A DNA stretch of 64,000 bases from a virus. The stretch covers positions 112,182 to 176,181 of IMG/VR virus record IMGVR_UViG_3300043449_002450; one strand, 5' to 3'. Of the stretch, positions 63,488 to 64,000 are shown in pieces. The stretch's first letter is position 1. Each line of letters starts with the position of its first letter. The translations under genes were made by a program, and so were the position numbers. The notes under the pieces are model-generated. The model did no database searches and had not been told where the DNA came from. It worked only from the letters and a program-made list of their open reading frames with translations.

Positions 63488-64000
63488 AACTAACAGAATC
63501 TACACTTCGATCACTAATACGTGAGGTCCTCACAGAATCGTCAGCTGCGCGACGCGCGCAGACCCGAGCCATCACGGGTGACCGCAACACGAAGCTGGAG
63601 ATCTGGCAGCTTGCTGACTCGCTGATCACGACGCCGCCGAGCGCACACTTCACGATGACGTCCATACAGAAGGTGGGCATTAATCCTGGGTCACGGTATA
63701 ACACACCGCTGGCCCTCTACGCGTATCCTGTCACCGATCACACCGTCGACCAGCTGATGGGAGTGTTTGAGCCTGATGCTGCGGCTCGAGCTAATGCTGG
63801 TGAAACCATCACAGCGGCAAAAGCTGCGTCTGTCGCAAAGAACAAGGCGGAGTTCAATAAGGGCGTTGAAGATGACATCAAATTAATTTCGCAGTTCACG
63901 CTAAACGAGCTATATCACCAGCTTCCATTTGTCGAGACCGCGCCCTACATCAACTTCTTCAGGCTGCAGCCCGACGGTGTCTTCTACACTTCGATCGGGA
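63484..64000 (+). CDS. Tagged hypothetical protein, 3'-truncated by the window edge (not in the ORF track)
   Basis: MKLTESTLRSLIREVLTES...KVGINP..YNTP..LYAYP; ATGA coupling; open to the window end. Confidence 0.75.
   Translation, partial: MKLTESTLRSLIREVLTESSAARRAQTRAITGDRNTKLEIWQLADSLITTPPSAHFTMTSIQKVGINPGSRYNTPLALYAYPVTDHTVDQLMGVFEPDAAARANAGETITAAKAASVAKNKAEFNKGVEDDIKLISQFTLNELYHQLPFVETAPYINFFRLQPDGVFYTSIG

Noticed and set aside
1-64000. Bacterial chromosome origin (recA, dnaE, groEL, sigma70, greA present)
   Set aside because: T4-like SSB, helicase and dNTPase genes, no ribosomal or central-metabolic operons, near single-strand coding and many short unknown ORFs fit a large phage better; no capsid or terminase gene lies in the window, so this remains an inference
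1-64000. Stop-codon reassignment
   Set aside because: TAA, TAG and TGA all end conserved full-length genes, coding density is high under code 11, and no suppressor tRNA was found
1-64000. CRISPR array, transposase/integrase or rRNA
   Set aside because: No regularly spaced repeats or such motifs seen; the recurring CCACTTC is tRNA 3' ends plus spacer
1-64000. Apparent abundance of GATC/TCGA palindromes as evidence of protection by DNA modification
   Set aside because: Not quantified and explainable by ATC/GAG/GAC codon preference; a codon-aware k-mer test would be needed

Overview
This 64-kb window is gene-dense (about 90 CDSs) and almost entirely plus-strand, and reads as part of a large tailed (jumbo/huge) phage genome using the standard code. 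It has no ribosomal-protein or rRNA genes. Positions 1-23 kb hold a replication, repair and nucleotide-metabolism block: gp32-like SSB, RecA/UvsX, 5'-3' exonuclease, DnaB/gp41 helicase, class II RNR, ClpP, two ThyX paralogues, MBD4-like and Fpg/Nei glycosylases, dimeric dUTPase/MazG-like enzymes, an NDT-family glycosidase, two SDR epimerases, DnaE, a dNMP-kinase/thymidylate-synthase-fold fusion, TK, DHH and dCMP deaminase. Positions 23-64 kb hold host-like accessory genes (SOD, GroEL, Hsp20, sigma70, GreA, DinG, Dps, thioredoxin), 13 tRNAs in three clusters and many hypothetical proteins. Four signals stand out. (1) A shared N-terminal 'LRxxIRxxLxE' tag is fused to unrelated cargo domains (two ADP-ribosyltransferase-like proteins, an HEXXH protein, an alpha/beta hydrolase, a repeat protein), and most of these genes sit just downstream of an ATAnnTA late-promoter-like motif; this suggests a virion packaging/injection 'tag-and-cargo' system. 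(2) A probable pyrimidine (hyper)modification pathway flanks dnaE. (3) A 195-nt group I intron splits the anticodon of tRNA-Asn(GUU). (4) A second promoter class, TGTAA-N17-TAnnAT, often overlaps hairpins. All assignments come from motif recognition by eye; no database searches were run.
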